A stretch of 64,000 bases of DNA from Candidatus Moraniibacteriota bacterium (GTDB taxonomy: Bacteria; Patescibacteriota; Minisyncoccia; Moranbacterales; UBA1568), in contig CP064974.1 in assembly GCA_016699385.1 (NCBI GenBank), positions 532,466 to 596,465 on the forward strand, read 5' to 3'. The notes below the pieces were generated by a model, which was given only the letters and a program-made list of their open reading frames with translations, was not told the DNA's origin and made no database searches. This document shows, one piece after another, positions 55,229 to 64,000 of the stretch. A program made the translations under genes and the position numbers. How positions within the stretch are numbered: the stretch's first letter is position 1; every line of letters begins with the position of its first letter.

Positions 55229-56765
55229 GCCGGTTTTTTGGGATTAGCTCCGTCTCGCGACTTGGCAACCCTTTATACCGGCCATTGTAGCACGTGTGTC
55301 GCCCAGGGTGTCAGAGGGCCATGCTGATCTGACGTCATCCCCTCCTTCCTCCCCGCACCCTTTTCCCGATTATTTTCGGTAAACAGCAACAAAGAAATAC
55401 TGCCAAAGGCAACGTCTCTTCATTCTGCTCAGAAAAAAGGTGCGGGGCGGTCTCGCGTGATACGTGTAACACGCGACAGGGGTTGCGCTCGTTTCCCGAC
55501 TTAACGGAACATCTTACGACACGAGCTGACGACGACCATGCAGCACCTGGTCTAGCGGCCTCGAAGGACTTCTTATTTCTAAGATCTCCAGCTAGATTTC
55601 AAACCCTGGTGAGGTTCCTCGGTTATCGTCGAATTAAACCACATGCTCCACCACTTGTGCGGATCCCCGTCTATTCCTTTGAGTTTTAAGCTTGCGCTCG
55701 TACTTCCCAGGCGGCACACTTAACGCGTTAGCTACGGCACGGAAGGGGTCGATTCCTCCCATACCTAGTGTGCATCGTTTAGGGCGTGGACTACTGGGGT
55801 ATCTAATCCCATTCGCTCCCCACGCTTTCGTGGCTCAGTGTCAGATCGGTGCCAACCAGCTGCCTTCGCCTTTGGTGTTCTTCACGATATCAACGCATTT
55901 CACTACTACACCGTGAATTCCACTGGTCTCTCACCGCCTCAAGTCGTGCCGTTTCAAATGCAGTTCTTCGATTGAGTCGAAGGATTTGACATCTGACTAA
56001 CACGACCACCTACCCACCCTTTACGCCCAATAAATCCGGATAACGCTTGAGGTCTCTGTATTACCGCTACTGCTGGCACAGAGTTAGTAACCTCTTATTC
56101 TCCAGGTACCGTCATCGAAATTCTTCCCTGAAAAAAGTAGTTTACGACCCGAGGGCCTTCATCCTACACGCGGCATCGCTCGTTCAGGCTTTCGCCCATT
56201 GACGAATATTCTCGACTGCAGCCTCCCGTAGGAGTTTGGGCAGTGTCTCAGTCCCAATGTTGGGGGCCATGCTCTCACACCCCCTACCCGTCAGAGCCTT
56301 GGTAGGCTTTTACCCCACCAACTAGCTGATAGGACGCAGGCTGCTCCTCAAGCGATAAATCTTTACTCCGTAGAGCACATCGTGTATTAGCTTGTCTTTC
56401 GACAAATTATTCACGACTTGAGGGAACATTCCTACGTATTACTAACCCGTTTGCCGTGGGTCTAAACCCACTCGACTTGCATGCCTTATCCATGCCGCCA
56501 GCGTTCATCCTGAGCTAGGATCAAACTCTCAATAAAGATGATATTCCGAGAGCATCCGGTAAACCGAACTCCACCACTCATCTTATAATGGCAGATAAAC
56601 TCTCGAGAAGTTGCTTCCCTTCCCCTTGCGAAGATAAAGAAGACTTAAATAGATCCATGTAACTATTGGATTGACCGCAAAAAATTGCAATCATACTTTC
56701 GCAAATTGTTAAGGGGCTCTTGGCGATAAAAAAGAAGGCGGAAAGCTTTCTTCCTTCGCATGTGC

Positions 56766-56795
56766 AGTATAGAGGAACAAAAAGACTTCTGTCAA
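56766..56795 (-). promoter_or_regulatory. 16S rRNA promoter (TTGACA-18-TATACT)
   Basis: Minus-sense TTGACA (56790-56795), 18-nt spacer, TATACT (56766-56771), about 230 nt upstream of the mature 16S 5' end. Confidence 0.55.
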
Positions 56796-56887
56796 GCGTC
56801 CGACCCATTCCATGCTTTTTCCTCTATCGGACAGGTGTAATACCCTGCCGGAAAAGAGAGGAATGTGACTAGTACAAGCCAAAATCC

Positions 56888-57436
56888 CTATCTTCGGCGC
56901 TTATTGACGAAGAGGAGAAAGACAAGTGGCGCCGCCATCCAAACAAGACGCGCCCATGAGTCAGAAAAATAGCCATACACCGTCGGAGAGAGAAACCGCA
57001 AAGCAAATGATCTCGACACCAAGGAAAGTGCCATACTCATCGCAAGACCCGTCCCCAAGCACCCCATCACGAGCACTCGCGAGAAAAACGTCGATGTCGG
57101 ATTGGAGATATGAATATCGAGAATGTAGTCTCCCACCATAACCAAGAAAGCAAGAAGTACGACAAAGATAATAGCTCTTCCCTCTGGCGCAAAAGCAATC
57201 CACGATGCTGGAACAGTCAATACAAGAGCAAGCGCCACATAGGAAAACACGACGACACTGAGGAGTCGCGTGCGCCCCAACACAAATGATAACGCGAGAC
57301 TTCCCCCGATAAAGAGAAGGAGAAATGAAAGGTCTCCCGCAAACTTCCCCGGCACAAAGGAAAAAAAGGAGGTCAGGACATTCATATGATTCATCGAAAA
57401 AACATCGAATTTTGAGTACACACTCAAAGCGTACAC
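56888..57436 (-). CDS. hypothetical polytopic membrane protein
   Basis: Five to six hydrophobic helices. No motif recognised. Confidence 0.5.
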   Translation of the reverse strand: MYALSVYSKFDVFSMNHMNVLTSFFSFVPGKFAGDLSFLLLFIGGSLALSFVLGRTRLLSVVVFSYVALALVLTVPASWIAFAPEGRAIIFVVLLAFLVMVGDYILDIHISNPTSTFFSRVLVMGCLGTGLAMSMALSLVSRSFALRFLSPTVYGYFSDSWARLVWMAAPLVFLLFVNKRRR

Positions 57437-57517
57437 CGCGCCACTCTCCTGGTCAACGCTTGCGAAAAAGGCTCCGAATCGATACTATAAGGGCATTCAT
57501 CTCTATACTACTTTCCT

Positions 57518-59005
57518 ATGAGTCCGATTCGTCGGCGCGTGTTTTTTTGGGCACTCACACTCACCTTTCTCGTGACAACTCCCATTATCGTGCTCTTCCT
57601 CATGGGATACCGCTACAGTTTCGAGCGGGGCATTTTCATATACACGGGTTCCGTTTCCATCCAAGCAAACCCCGCACAAAACATCGATATACAAATAGAC
57701 GGCAAGCCTGTATCCGCCGACAGCAATCGCCTCAACAGCTCCTATCATATCGAAGGTATTCTTCCGGGGAAACACACGGTTTCTGTTTCCGCACCCGGAT
57801 TTAGCACCTGGTCCAAAGAAATCACCGTCCGAAGCGGTATCGCCACTGAATTCTGGAATATACTTCTTGCCCGAACTGAATACCCCCAGAAAGTACTCGC
57901 TTCTTTCAAAGATGGTCAGGCATTTTTTCCTCTCCCCCAGAAGAATCAAATTGCCATAGTATCAGAGAATGATCAAGAAACAACCGTCACCGTGCTCAAC
58001 ACAACAACCGGAAATCGAGAGCAAGTATTTAGCAGCACGGACTTTTTCCTCAGCAAGGACGCTCCAAGAAATGCTTTGCGGTGGTCTTCACGAGATGCAA
58101 CACATTTCCTCCTCTCCCTTCTCTCTCGAGAAACACAAGAGGAGCATACATTTCTTATCCAAACAGACATAGCAACCACAACTGATATCAAAGATATTGT
58201 AAACGTTCCACATCCACGAGAAGTACGATGGAATCCGAATGCCAACACGATTCTCTTCCTCTCGGGAGCAACGCTCTTCAGTCTCCCTATAGACACGCCC
58301 CTTCACGAGACAGCACTGTCCGACAATATCGAAAGCTACGACACCGTTGGAAACACACTCATCGCACTTGAACCAAAAACCGGCATACTCTACCAATTCC
58401 CACTGGGGGATCCCGCTCAAAAAAAGCAACTCACGACCGCTCCTCCGGAAGGATTCTCTCACAAATACACCACGCCATTCTCCCTCATCGCCTACGACGA
58501 AACGAGAATTACTCTTCTCAATAATGGCACAGGAGACCTCTTCCTCTTCAATAAAGGACAGGGAGGCGAATGGTTCAAAAGCCTCTCAAAAGACGCAAAA
58601 GGCGTGCAGTTTTCCGACGATGGAAAAAAAGTTCTCTACTGGACTGATTGGGAAATATTCACATTCTTCACGCGAAAATGGGAAGTACAGCCCGTCCGTC
58701 AAGAAAATGACCGTCTCGATATCGGACGATTTTCAAATACCATACATGATGTCCAATGGACCAAAGACTACGAGCACATCATCTTCTTCTCCGGGAATGA
58801 CATACGAGCAATCGAACTCGACGACCGTGGAAGTCGAGATATGGTCACGGTTCTCAATCTTCCCTCCGTGCCACTTCAGATATCGAGTATCGGCTCAAAA
58901 AACGAAATTCTCTTCCTTCTACCGGACACACAATCAACATCTCTTTCTACACTTTCTTCCATTACATTTCCAGAGCCCCTCGGCTTCTTCGGATTTGGAC
59001 AATAG
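57518..59005 (+). CDS. membrane-anchored PEGA-domain protein with C-terminal beta-rich domain
   Basis: N-terminal TM, PEGA-like stretch IEGILPGKHTVSVSAPGFSTWSKEITVRSG, followed by a domain of about 350 aa. Confidence 0.6.
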   Translation: MSPIRRRVFFWALTLTFLVTTPIIVLFLMGYRYSFERGIFIYTGSVSIQANPAQNIDIQIDGKPVSADSNRLNSSYHIEGILPGKHTVSVSAPGFSTWSKEITVRSGIATEFWNILLARTEYPQKVLASFKDGQAFFPLPQKNQIAIVSENDQETTVTVLNTTTGNREQVFSSTDFFLSKDAPRNALRWSSRDATHFLLSLLSRETQEEHTFLIQTDIATTTDIKDIVNVPHPREVRWNPNANTILFLSGATLFSLPIDTPLHETALSDNIESYDTVGNTLIALEPKTGILYQFPLGDPAQKKQLTTAPPEGFSHKYTTPFSLIAYDETRITLLNNGTGDLFLFNKGQGGEWFKSLSKDAKGVQFSDDGKKVLYWTDWEIFTFFTRKWEVQPVRQENDRLDIGRFSNTIHDVQWTKDYEHIIFFSGNDIRAIELDDRGSRDMVTVLNLPSVPLQISSIGSKNEILFLLPDTQSTSLSTLSSITFPEPLGFFGFGQ

Positions 59006-59044
59006 TCGCAGCAAACAAGATGCAAATTACATTTTCAGCCAGCC

Positions 59045-60088
59045 TCATCCTTCGAGGGCTACCAGTCCTGGAAGTGTCTCGCCACTTAAGAACTCAAGCA
59101 TAGCGCCGCCACCCGTTGAAACAAAAGAAATTTTCTGAAACACTCCTGCTTCCTCAAGAGCGATGATTGTTTCGCCGCCACCAACAATAGAAAACGCCCC
59201 GCTCTCGATAATACTCTCAAGTGTCATATTTGTTCCCGCAGCATATTCGGGATTCTCAAACTTTCCCAAAGGACCATTCCACACGACGGTCTTTGCTTTC
59301 AATATCTCTTCGCGAAAACGAAGCAAAGTTTTCCTACCAATATCTTGTCGATCAGGAGCATAATCCTCCGGAAGCAACACCTTATCAGAAAATGAAATTC
59401 CTTCATCCTCCGCTTCACACGCAACCTTTCCAGCAACAAGCACGCGATCGTAGTTCTCTTCGAACATACGAATAATCGGGAGCTTCGTCTCGATCTTCGC
59501 ACCACCAATCACGGCAACCGCCGGACGCGCCGGATGTTCGCGCGCATCTGTCAGATGTTTCACTTCATCCAAGAGATGAAGTCCGGCGAAACTCGGCAGA
59601 AATTTCGTGACACCGGTCACACTCGCCTGATCCCGATGACACACACTGAAGGCATCATTCACAAATACATCAAACGGCGCCGCAAGCGCTCGTGCAAATT
59701 CCGGATCATTCGATTCATCTCCAGGAGAGAACCGGACATTCTCCAGAAGAAGAATCTCCCCCTCCGGAAGAGTACTCAGCATAGCAACAACCTGGTCACC
59801 GACACAATCATCGACGAAATGAACCTTCCTTACAAGAATCCGCTCAACATCGTCTGCAATATACTTCACGGAAAACGCATCATCGCGCTTTCCCTCGGGT
59901 CGCCCCAAATGTGTCGCAAGTGCCACTTTGGCACCCTTTGAAAGCAAATACTCCACTGTATGCCGTGCAGCATCCACCTTATACTTCTCTTTCACATCCC
60001 GATTCTCATTGAGTTCAACATTGCAATCCACTCGAACCAACACCTTCTTCCCAGCTACATCCGCATCTCGCACACTTCGTAGAGTCAT
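59045..60088 (-). CDS. pgk: phosphoglycerate kinase
   Basis: KKVLVRVDCNVELN, ATHLGRPEG, GGGETIIALEEAG, STGGGAMLEFL. The start is set at MTLRSVRD; the ORF track extends to 60148. Confidence 0.9.
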   Translation of the reverse strand: MTLRSVRDADVAGKKVLVRVDCNVELNENRDVKEKYKVDAARHTVEYLLSKGAKVALATHLGRPEGKRDDAFSVKYIADDVERILVRKVHFVDDCVGDQVVAMLSTLPEGEILLLENVRFSPGDESNDPEFARALAAPFDVFVNDAFSVCHRDQASVTGVTKFLPSFAGLHLLDEVKHLTDAREHPARPAVAVIGGAKIETKLPIIRMFEENYDRVLVAGKVACEAEDEGISFSDKVLLPEDYAPDRQDIGRKTLLRFREEILKAKTVVWNGPLGKFENPEYAAGTNMTLESIIESGAFSIVGGGETIIALEEAGVFQKISFVSTGGGAMLEFLSGETLPGLVALEG

Positions 60089-60257
60089 ATATGAAACATT
60101 AAAAATTGATACAGCCACAGCATTGAAACACGGAAACTCAAAACACAAGCAACAAAAAAAATGAGTACTACTATCTTACATTAATTCTGGACATATCAAT
60201 TCCAAGAGAGTATTTTTGTAGAGACTTTCTTGAGAGTCAGAACTTTTGTAGGCAACA

Positions 60258-61385
60258 CTAGTGATACCTCCCCATGCCGAGAATAGCGATGATAGTGCCC
60301 AAAGTCGCAGTAATCACTGTGAAAATCCAGGCGCGCATCACCACTTTCGGTTCGGGCCAACCAAGCGCTTCGAAATGATGATGTATCGGTGCTGCCAAGA
60401 AAATCTTCCGATGGAACAATCGCTTACTCATAAGCTGAAGAGCGGCACTTCCCGATTCGAGTACGTAGATGAAGACGATAACAAAAAGCGCGAGCGCAGA
60501 GTTGGTGAGCATAGCGACCACACCAAGTGTGAGACCAAGCGACACTGCGCCCGTATCGCCCATAAAAAATCTCGCCGGATAAATATTGAACCAAAGAAAG
60601 GCAAGCAATGCGCCAGCAATCGCGGAACAAAATGCTGCAAGATCCATTTTGTTTTGAAAAAACGCAATAAGTGAAAAAGAACCAAATGCCATCAACAAGA
60701 CACCGCCATTGAGTCCGTCAAGTCCATCCGTTTCATTTGATGAAATTGCCGCAAAGAGAATCACCAGTATAAAAACGGGGATGTACCACCATCCAATCGA
60801 GAAATCTCCGACGGCTGGCACATGAATCCGGTCCCAGCCAAGTTTGGCATAGAACCACCATGCCCCCGTTCCGGCAATCGCAAAAAGCCACCAAAATCGC
60901 ATGAGAAATCTCATGCCACCACCCTTGTTCTTTCCAATACCTCGAACACTCATCCAGTCGTCAAGAAGACCAAGTAGCCCCCCTGCCGTGAGCGCAAAGA
61001 GCGGTAGCCACACCTGTGATCGACTGAAGAAGTCGAGCCGCGCAATGAAATTTTTCCCAAAAAAACCGGCGAGTGCCGGAAAGACGAAGTGAGAATAGAG
61101 TGCCAGGACAACAACAGAAAACCACACAATAACACCGCCCATTGTTGGTGTCCCCGCCTTCCTCGCATGAAGTGAATTCACGACAGTGAGTTTGTCGCCG
61201 GAGACGCCGCATTCCTTGATGCGAATCCCAATCTTGTTCCGATAGAGAATATGCGTCCACAGGGGCGTCAAGAAAAAAGCGAGACAAAAAGCAAGAAGTC
61301 CCGTCACTAAGACTTTGAGAACATGCACCACTTCCGGAATGGTTTGTATGTCAGAGAGCTGTACCATAAGTATGCTAAAAGTCAC
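60258..61385 (-). CDS. mraY: phospho-N-acetylmuramoyl-pentapeptide-transferase
   Basis: SNETDGLDGL (D-G-L-D-G-L), APIHHHFE (the MraY HHH motif), 10 TM helices. Confidence 0.9.
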   Translation of the reverse strand: MTFSILMVQLSDIQTIPEVVHVLKVLVTGLLAFCLAFFLTPLWTHILYRNKIGIRIKECGVSGDKLTVVNSLHARKAGTPTMGGVIVWFSVVVLALYSHFVFPALAGFFGKNFIARLDFFSRSQVWLPLFALTAGGLLGLLDDWMSVRGIGKNKGGGMRFLMRFWWLFAIAGTGAWWFYAKLGWDRIHVPAVGDFSIGWWYIPVFILVILFAAISSNETDGLDGLNGGVLLMAFGSFSLIAFFQNKMDLAAFCSAIAGALLAFLWFNIYPARFFMGDTGAVSLGLTLGVVAMLTNSALALFVIVFIYVLESGSAALQLMSKRLFHRKIFLAAPIHHHFEALGWPEPKVVMRAWIFTVITATLGTIIAILGMGRYH

Positions 61386-61424
61386 ATGGGCACTCGTTTA
61401 CACGAGAGCTTTTAGAAAAAAGTT

Positions 61425-62480
61425 TTAGCGCCAATAGTGTGACTGGAATGCCCAAGAGAACATCTTTTTGATACTCGACCACCGTTCCGGATCATTCAAT
61501 ACTACCGATACCACTTTGTGCTGACGATTTGGGTCAAATGAAATTGCAAGAAGTGAATATCCGGCAAGCGGGGTAAAGCCCGTCTTGGTACCGATAAGGC
61601 GAGAGTCTTCACCAAGCAACACATCCGTATTGAAAATATCATGTGCATATTTCCCATCTCTCGATACAATCGTCGTGCCAGGCGTTCGTGCCAACTCCCA
61701 AATGATATCATACTTCAGCGCTTGAGAGGCAATTCGCGCGATATCAAATGCCGAAGAATAGCAACTCGACTCATGACCATCTGGCTCCAACCCCGATGGT
61801 GTACAGAAATGCGTATCCAAAAGTCCCAGTGCATGAGCCCTGGCATTCATAAGATCGACAAATGCGCTCATTGACCCAGCTGTGTGCTTTGCAAGCGACT
61901 GCGCCGCGTCATTGGCACTATTCATCAGCATCGCCATAAGGAGACTCCTCACAGAGACTTCCTCTCCAACATGCAAACGCACTCCATTACAAAATCCTGA
62001 CCGAGGACAACCAACTCTTGTTCCTTCCGCAGTAATCATCTCCTCATCGATTTTCACAAACTCATCCAGATTTTTGATGCGTTCAACAACCAGTATCGCC
62101 GTCATGAGTTTGGTCAGAGAGGCAATTTGTCTCTCCTCATGCGAATTTTTTTCCTGAAGAACAATCCCCGACTCGGCATCCATCACCACACTTGCATGTG
62201 CTGAAGGAAGTGCCAAATCATATACACCTTCCTTCCGAATCGGTCGAAATTCCGCAGCATGATCCCGAGATTCAAATGAGATGGGAAAGTTTTCCTCATG
62301 AGCATCCGAAACACCCTCCACTTCCGGCACGAGCGCCTCAGCAATCTGAGGAGAAGTTTCATTACTAGAAAAAAGTTTTGTTTTTACGAAAAACACACCG
62401 CCGCAAAGAATTGCAACGAGCATTCCTACTCGAAAAGAGGTTCTCAAAAAAGTGGGTCGTGACAAATGCGCAGTGTTCAT
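61425..62480 (-). CDS. D-alanyl-D-alanine carboxypeptidase (S11, PBP5/DacA-like)
   Basis: Signal/TM, IASLTKLMT (SxxK), NSANDAA (SxN), KTGFT (KTG). Confidence 0.85.
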   Translation of the reverse strand: MNTAHLSRPTFLRTSFRVGMLVAILCGGVFFVKTKLFSSNETSPQIAEALVPEVEGVSDAHEENFPISFESRDHAAEFRPIRKEGVYDLALPSAHASVVMDAESGIVLQEKNSHEERQIASLTKLMTAILVVERIKNLDEFVKIDEEMITAEGTRVGCPRSGFCNGVRLHVGEEVSVRSLLMAMLMNSANDAAQSLAKHTAGSMSAFVDLMNARAHALGLLDTHFCTPSGLEPDGHESSCYSSAFDIARIASQALKYDIIWELARTPGTTIVSRDGKYAHDIFNTDVLLGEDSRLIGTKTGFTPLAGYSLLAISFDPNRQHKVVSVVLNDPERWSSIKKMFSWAFQSHYWR

Positions 62481-63067
62481 ATATTTTCAGACTCTTCATT
62501 ATTCTCCTTCTTTGGAGTATCCACATCCGGAACCAACGTCGAGAGACGTTCGTCTTTCGAAAGATGATCAAAATCAGGAAGCTCCGAGCAATTCGCAAGT
62601 CCGAGTGTTTCCAGAAATGCAAGCGACGGGCTATAGAGATAGCCCCGCGTGTCATCCAGATTCCCGCGTCGCTCGATGAGACCGCGCAAAAGAAGACTGC
62701 GCAGCGTCATAGTCGAGTTCACTCCGCGAATCGAATCGATATCAGCGCGCCCAATCGGCGAGCGGTAGGCAACTATCGAAAGCGTCTCCAGTGCTGCTCG
62801 AGAAAGCGCCCCTTCTCGTTCACTGCGGACAAATCGTTCGACAAAGAGAGCGCTATCCGGATGGCTCGTCAGCACGATATCGCCGTCTTTCCGAATCAGA
62901 AAAAGCCCTCGATTATCTTCCTCGTACGACTTCCCGAGCAATTCCAACGCCGCTTCCAATTCTTCCTCGGAAACGTCTATCACCTCAGCAAGTCGAGAAA
63001 CCGACACTGGGTCCCCCGAGACAAAAAGAAGCGCCTCCACAATTGATGCTATTTTCTGTATATCCAT
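62477..63067 (-). CDS. scpB: segregation and condensation protein B
   Basis: IVEALLFVSGDPVSVSRLAE... and the SIVAYRSPIGRADIDSIRGV tandem winged-helix pattern. Confidence 0.85.
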   Translation of the reverse strand: MDIQKIASIVEALLFVSGDPVSVSRLAEVIDVSEEELEAALELLGKSYEEDNRGLFLIRKDGDIVLTSHPDSALFVERFVRSEREGALSRAALETLSIVAYRSPIGRADIDSIRGVNSTMTLRSLLLRGLIERRGNLDDTRGYLYSPSLAFLETLGLANCSELPDFDHLSKDERLSTLVPDVDTPKKENNEESENI

Positions 63068-63074
63068 AAGAAAT

Positions 63075-63785
63075 CTATGCAGACACCATTACTCGACGAA
63101 ATCGTATTTCCCCGAAAAGTTCTCCCTGATTAACCTCAAATGTCCTCCGCCGTACCAATTCAAGAAGTGCCAAAAAAGAAACTACGACTTCCACTCGATC
63201 GCGTGATTCCGCCGCTATTTCAGAAAACGCCACTTCAAGACACCGCTCAATCCGAGTCTCCAAAAACGCCACGCGCTCCTCAAGCGTCACTACCTCTTCA
63301 ACGACATGCTCATCCAGAGAAACAGGCAATGGAATAGCTCCCAATACAGCAGAAAACGCCTCTCGAATATTCTCAGCACGAACATTGGATGGCGGCACAA
63401 ATACCTCCGGAACATTGACAAACGATTCTCGATGAAAACCTCGATGTCCCATCAAAAACAAGCTCCCGAGTTTCATCGATGCTTCCTTGTACCGCTTGTA
63501 TTCCCGTAGCCGCCACTCGAGATCTTCTATCTCGCCTTCTTCTTCCTCTGTGAATGAAAGTACTGGCAAGAGCGCTCGGGATTTGAGTAACAAAAGTCGC
63601 GAAGCAACCGCGAGAAACTGCGAGAGATGTGGGAGCGGGACATCATTCTCGTGTGCAATATGCTCGAGATACTGATCGGCGACAGTAGCAAGCGCAAGTC
63701 GCGTAATATCAAGTTTCTCCTTCTCAATAAGAGAAAGGAGAAGTGGCATCGGTCCCTCGAATTGCTCCAACCGCACGTGGTACAT
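63075..63785 (-). CDS. scpA: segregation and condensation protein A
   Basis: FEGPMPLLLSLIEKEKLDITRLALATVADQYLE is the ScpA N-terminal consensus. Adjacent to scpB. Confidence 0.85.
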   Translation of the reverse strand: MYHVRLEQFEGPMPLLLSLIEKEKLDITRLALATVADQYLEHIAHENDVPLPHLSQFLAVASRLLLLKSRALLPVLSFTEEEEGEIEDLEWRLREYKRYKEASMKLGSLFLMGHRGFHRESFVNVPEVFVPPSNVRAENIREAFSAVLGAIPLPVSLDEHVVEEVVTLEERVAFLETRIERCLEVAFSEIAAESRDRVEVVVSFLALLELVRRRTFEVNQGELFGEIRFRRVMVSA

Positions 63786-64000
63786 AAAATAGAAAAGGAA
63801 ACCTCAACAAAAGCCAACACAACAAGAAAAGCAAACAATTTATCAGTGCTATAAAGAAAATCCACACATCCACAAGTAGCTTCTATTGTACCACAAAGCC
63901 AAAATAGAAACCAAAAAGACTCGGGATTTACAGTAAGCAATCGATATACCAGTGCGACTGGAGAGATAAAGAAATACTCCTCAGAAAAGCACAGAAAATA

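Noticed and set aside
56578-56808. 76-aa minus-strand ORF in the 16S leader region
   Set aside because: It lies inside the rRNA leader, between the promoter and the mature 5' end, overlapping the processing-stem sequence. It has no SD and no features. It is most likely spurious.

Overview
This is a 64-kb bacterial chromosomal window with about 50% GC. Nearly every gene is on the minus strand; only four convincing CDS are on the plus strand. The content is mostly housekeeping:
- Translation and RNA modification: rplU, alaS, rlmN, a miaB-like gene, rsmH, tsaC.
- Glycolysis and metabolism: eno, pgk, a PfkB sugar kinase, an aminotransferase, uppS, a polyprenyl synthetase.
- Cell division and wall synthesis: a mraZ-rsmH-ftsL-ftsI-murF cluster with no murE, ftsA, and mraY with a dacA-like gene elsewhere.
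- Other housekeeping: lexA, rarA, xth, rmuC, scpAB, pepA, and a partial secD.

An orphan 16S rRNA gene (54108..56533, minus strand) is interrupted by an ~880-nt intron that encodes a LAGLIDADG homing endonuclease. This, the many lineage-specific membrane and secreted proteins, and the reduced gene set are typical of a Patescibacteria/CPR-like organism; that placement is inference.

The most notable region is an AT-rich segment just downstream of the 16S gene. It encodes a retron-type reverse transcriptase (52670..53560) with clear motif-level similarity to the Ec86 RT: an Ec86-like NAxPHxG...DFFPS block, a QGAPTSP motif, a YxDD-type motif (here FFDD) and the VTG motif. Upstream of it lie a candidate structured ncRNA region and a tiny ORF with a 14-nt Shine-Dalgarno sequence; downstream lies a small single-TM protein. 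Together these look like a retron-like defence module whose effector type I do not recognise.

Other notable items:
- A cohesin-like + 5x Fn3 + dockerin-like surface protein with near-identical nucleotide-level repeats.
- A secreted Cys-rich repeat protein with a Big_2 domain.
- A SecD carrying an embedded parvulin (PpiC) domain.
- A truncated MurF paralog with a degenerate P-loop.
- A DipZ-like CcdA-thioredoxin fusion beside two MacB-type permeases with no ATPase partner.
- A clear rRNA leader/trailer processing stem and a consensus sigma70 promoter for the 16S gene.

The ORF-track 'M' start can be TTG or GTG, so several starts were moved to ATG codons with an SD.
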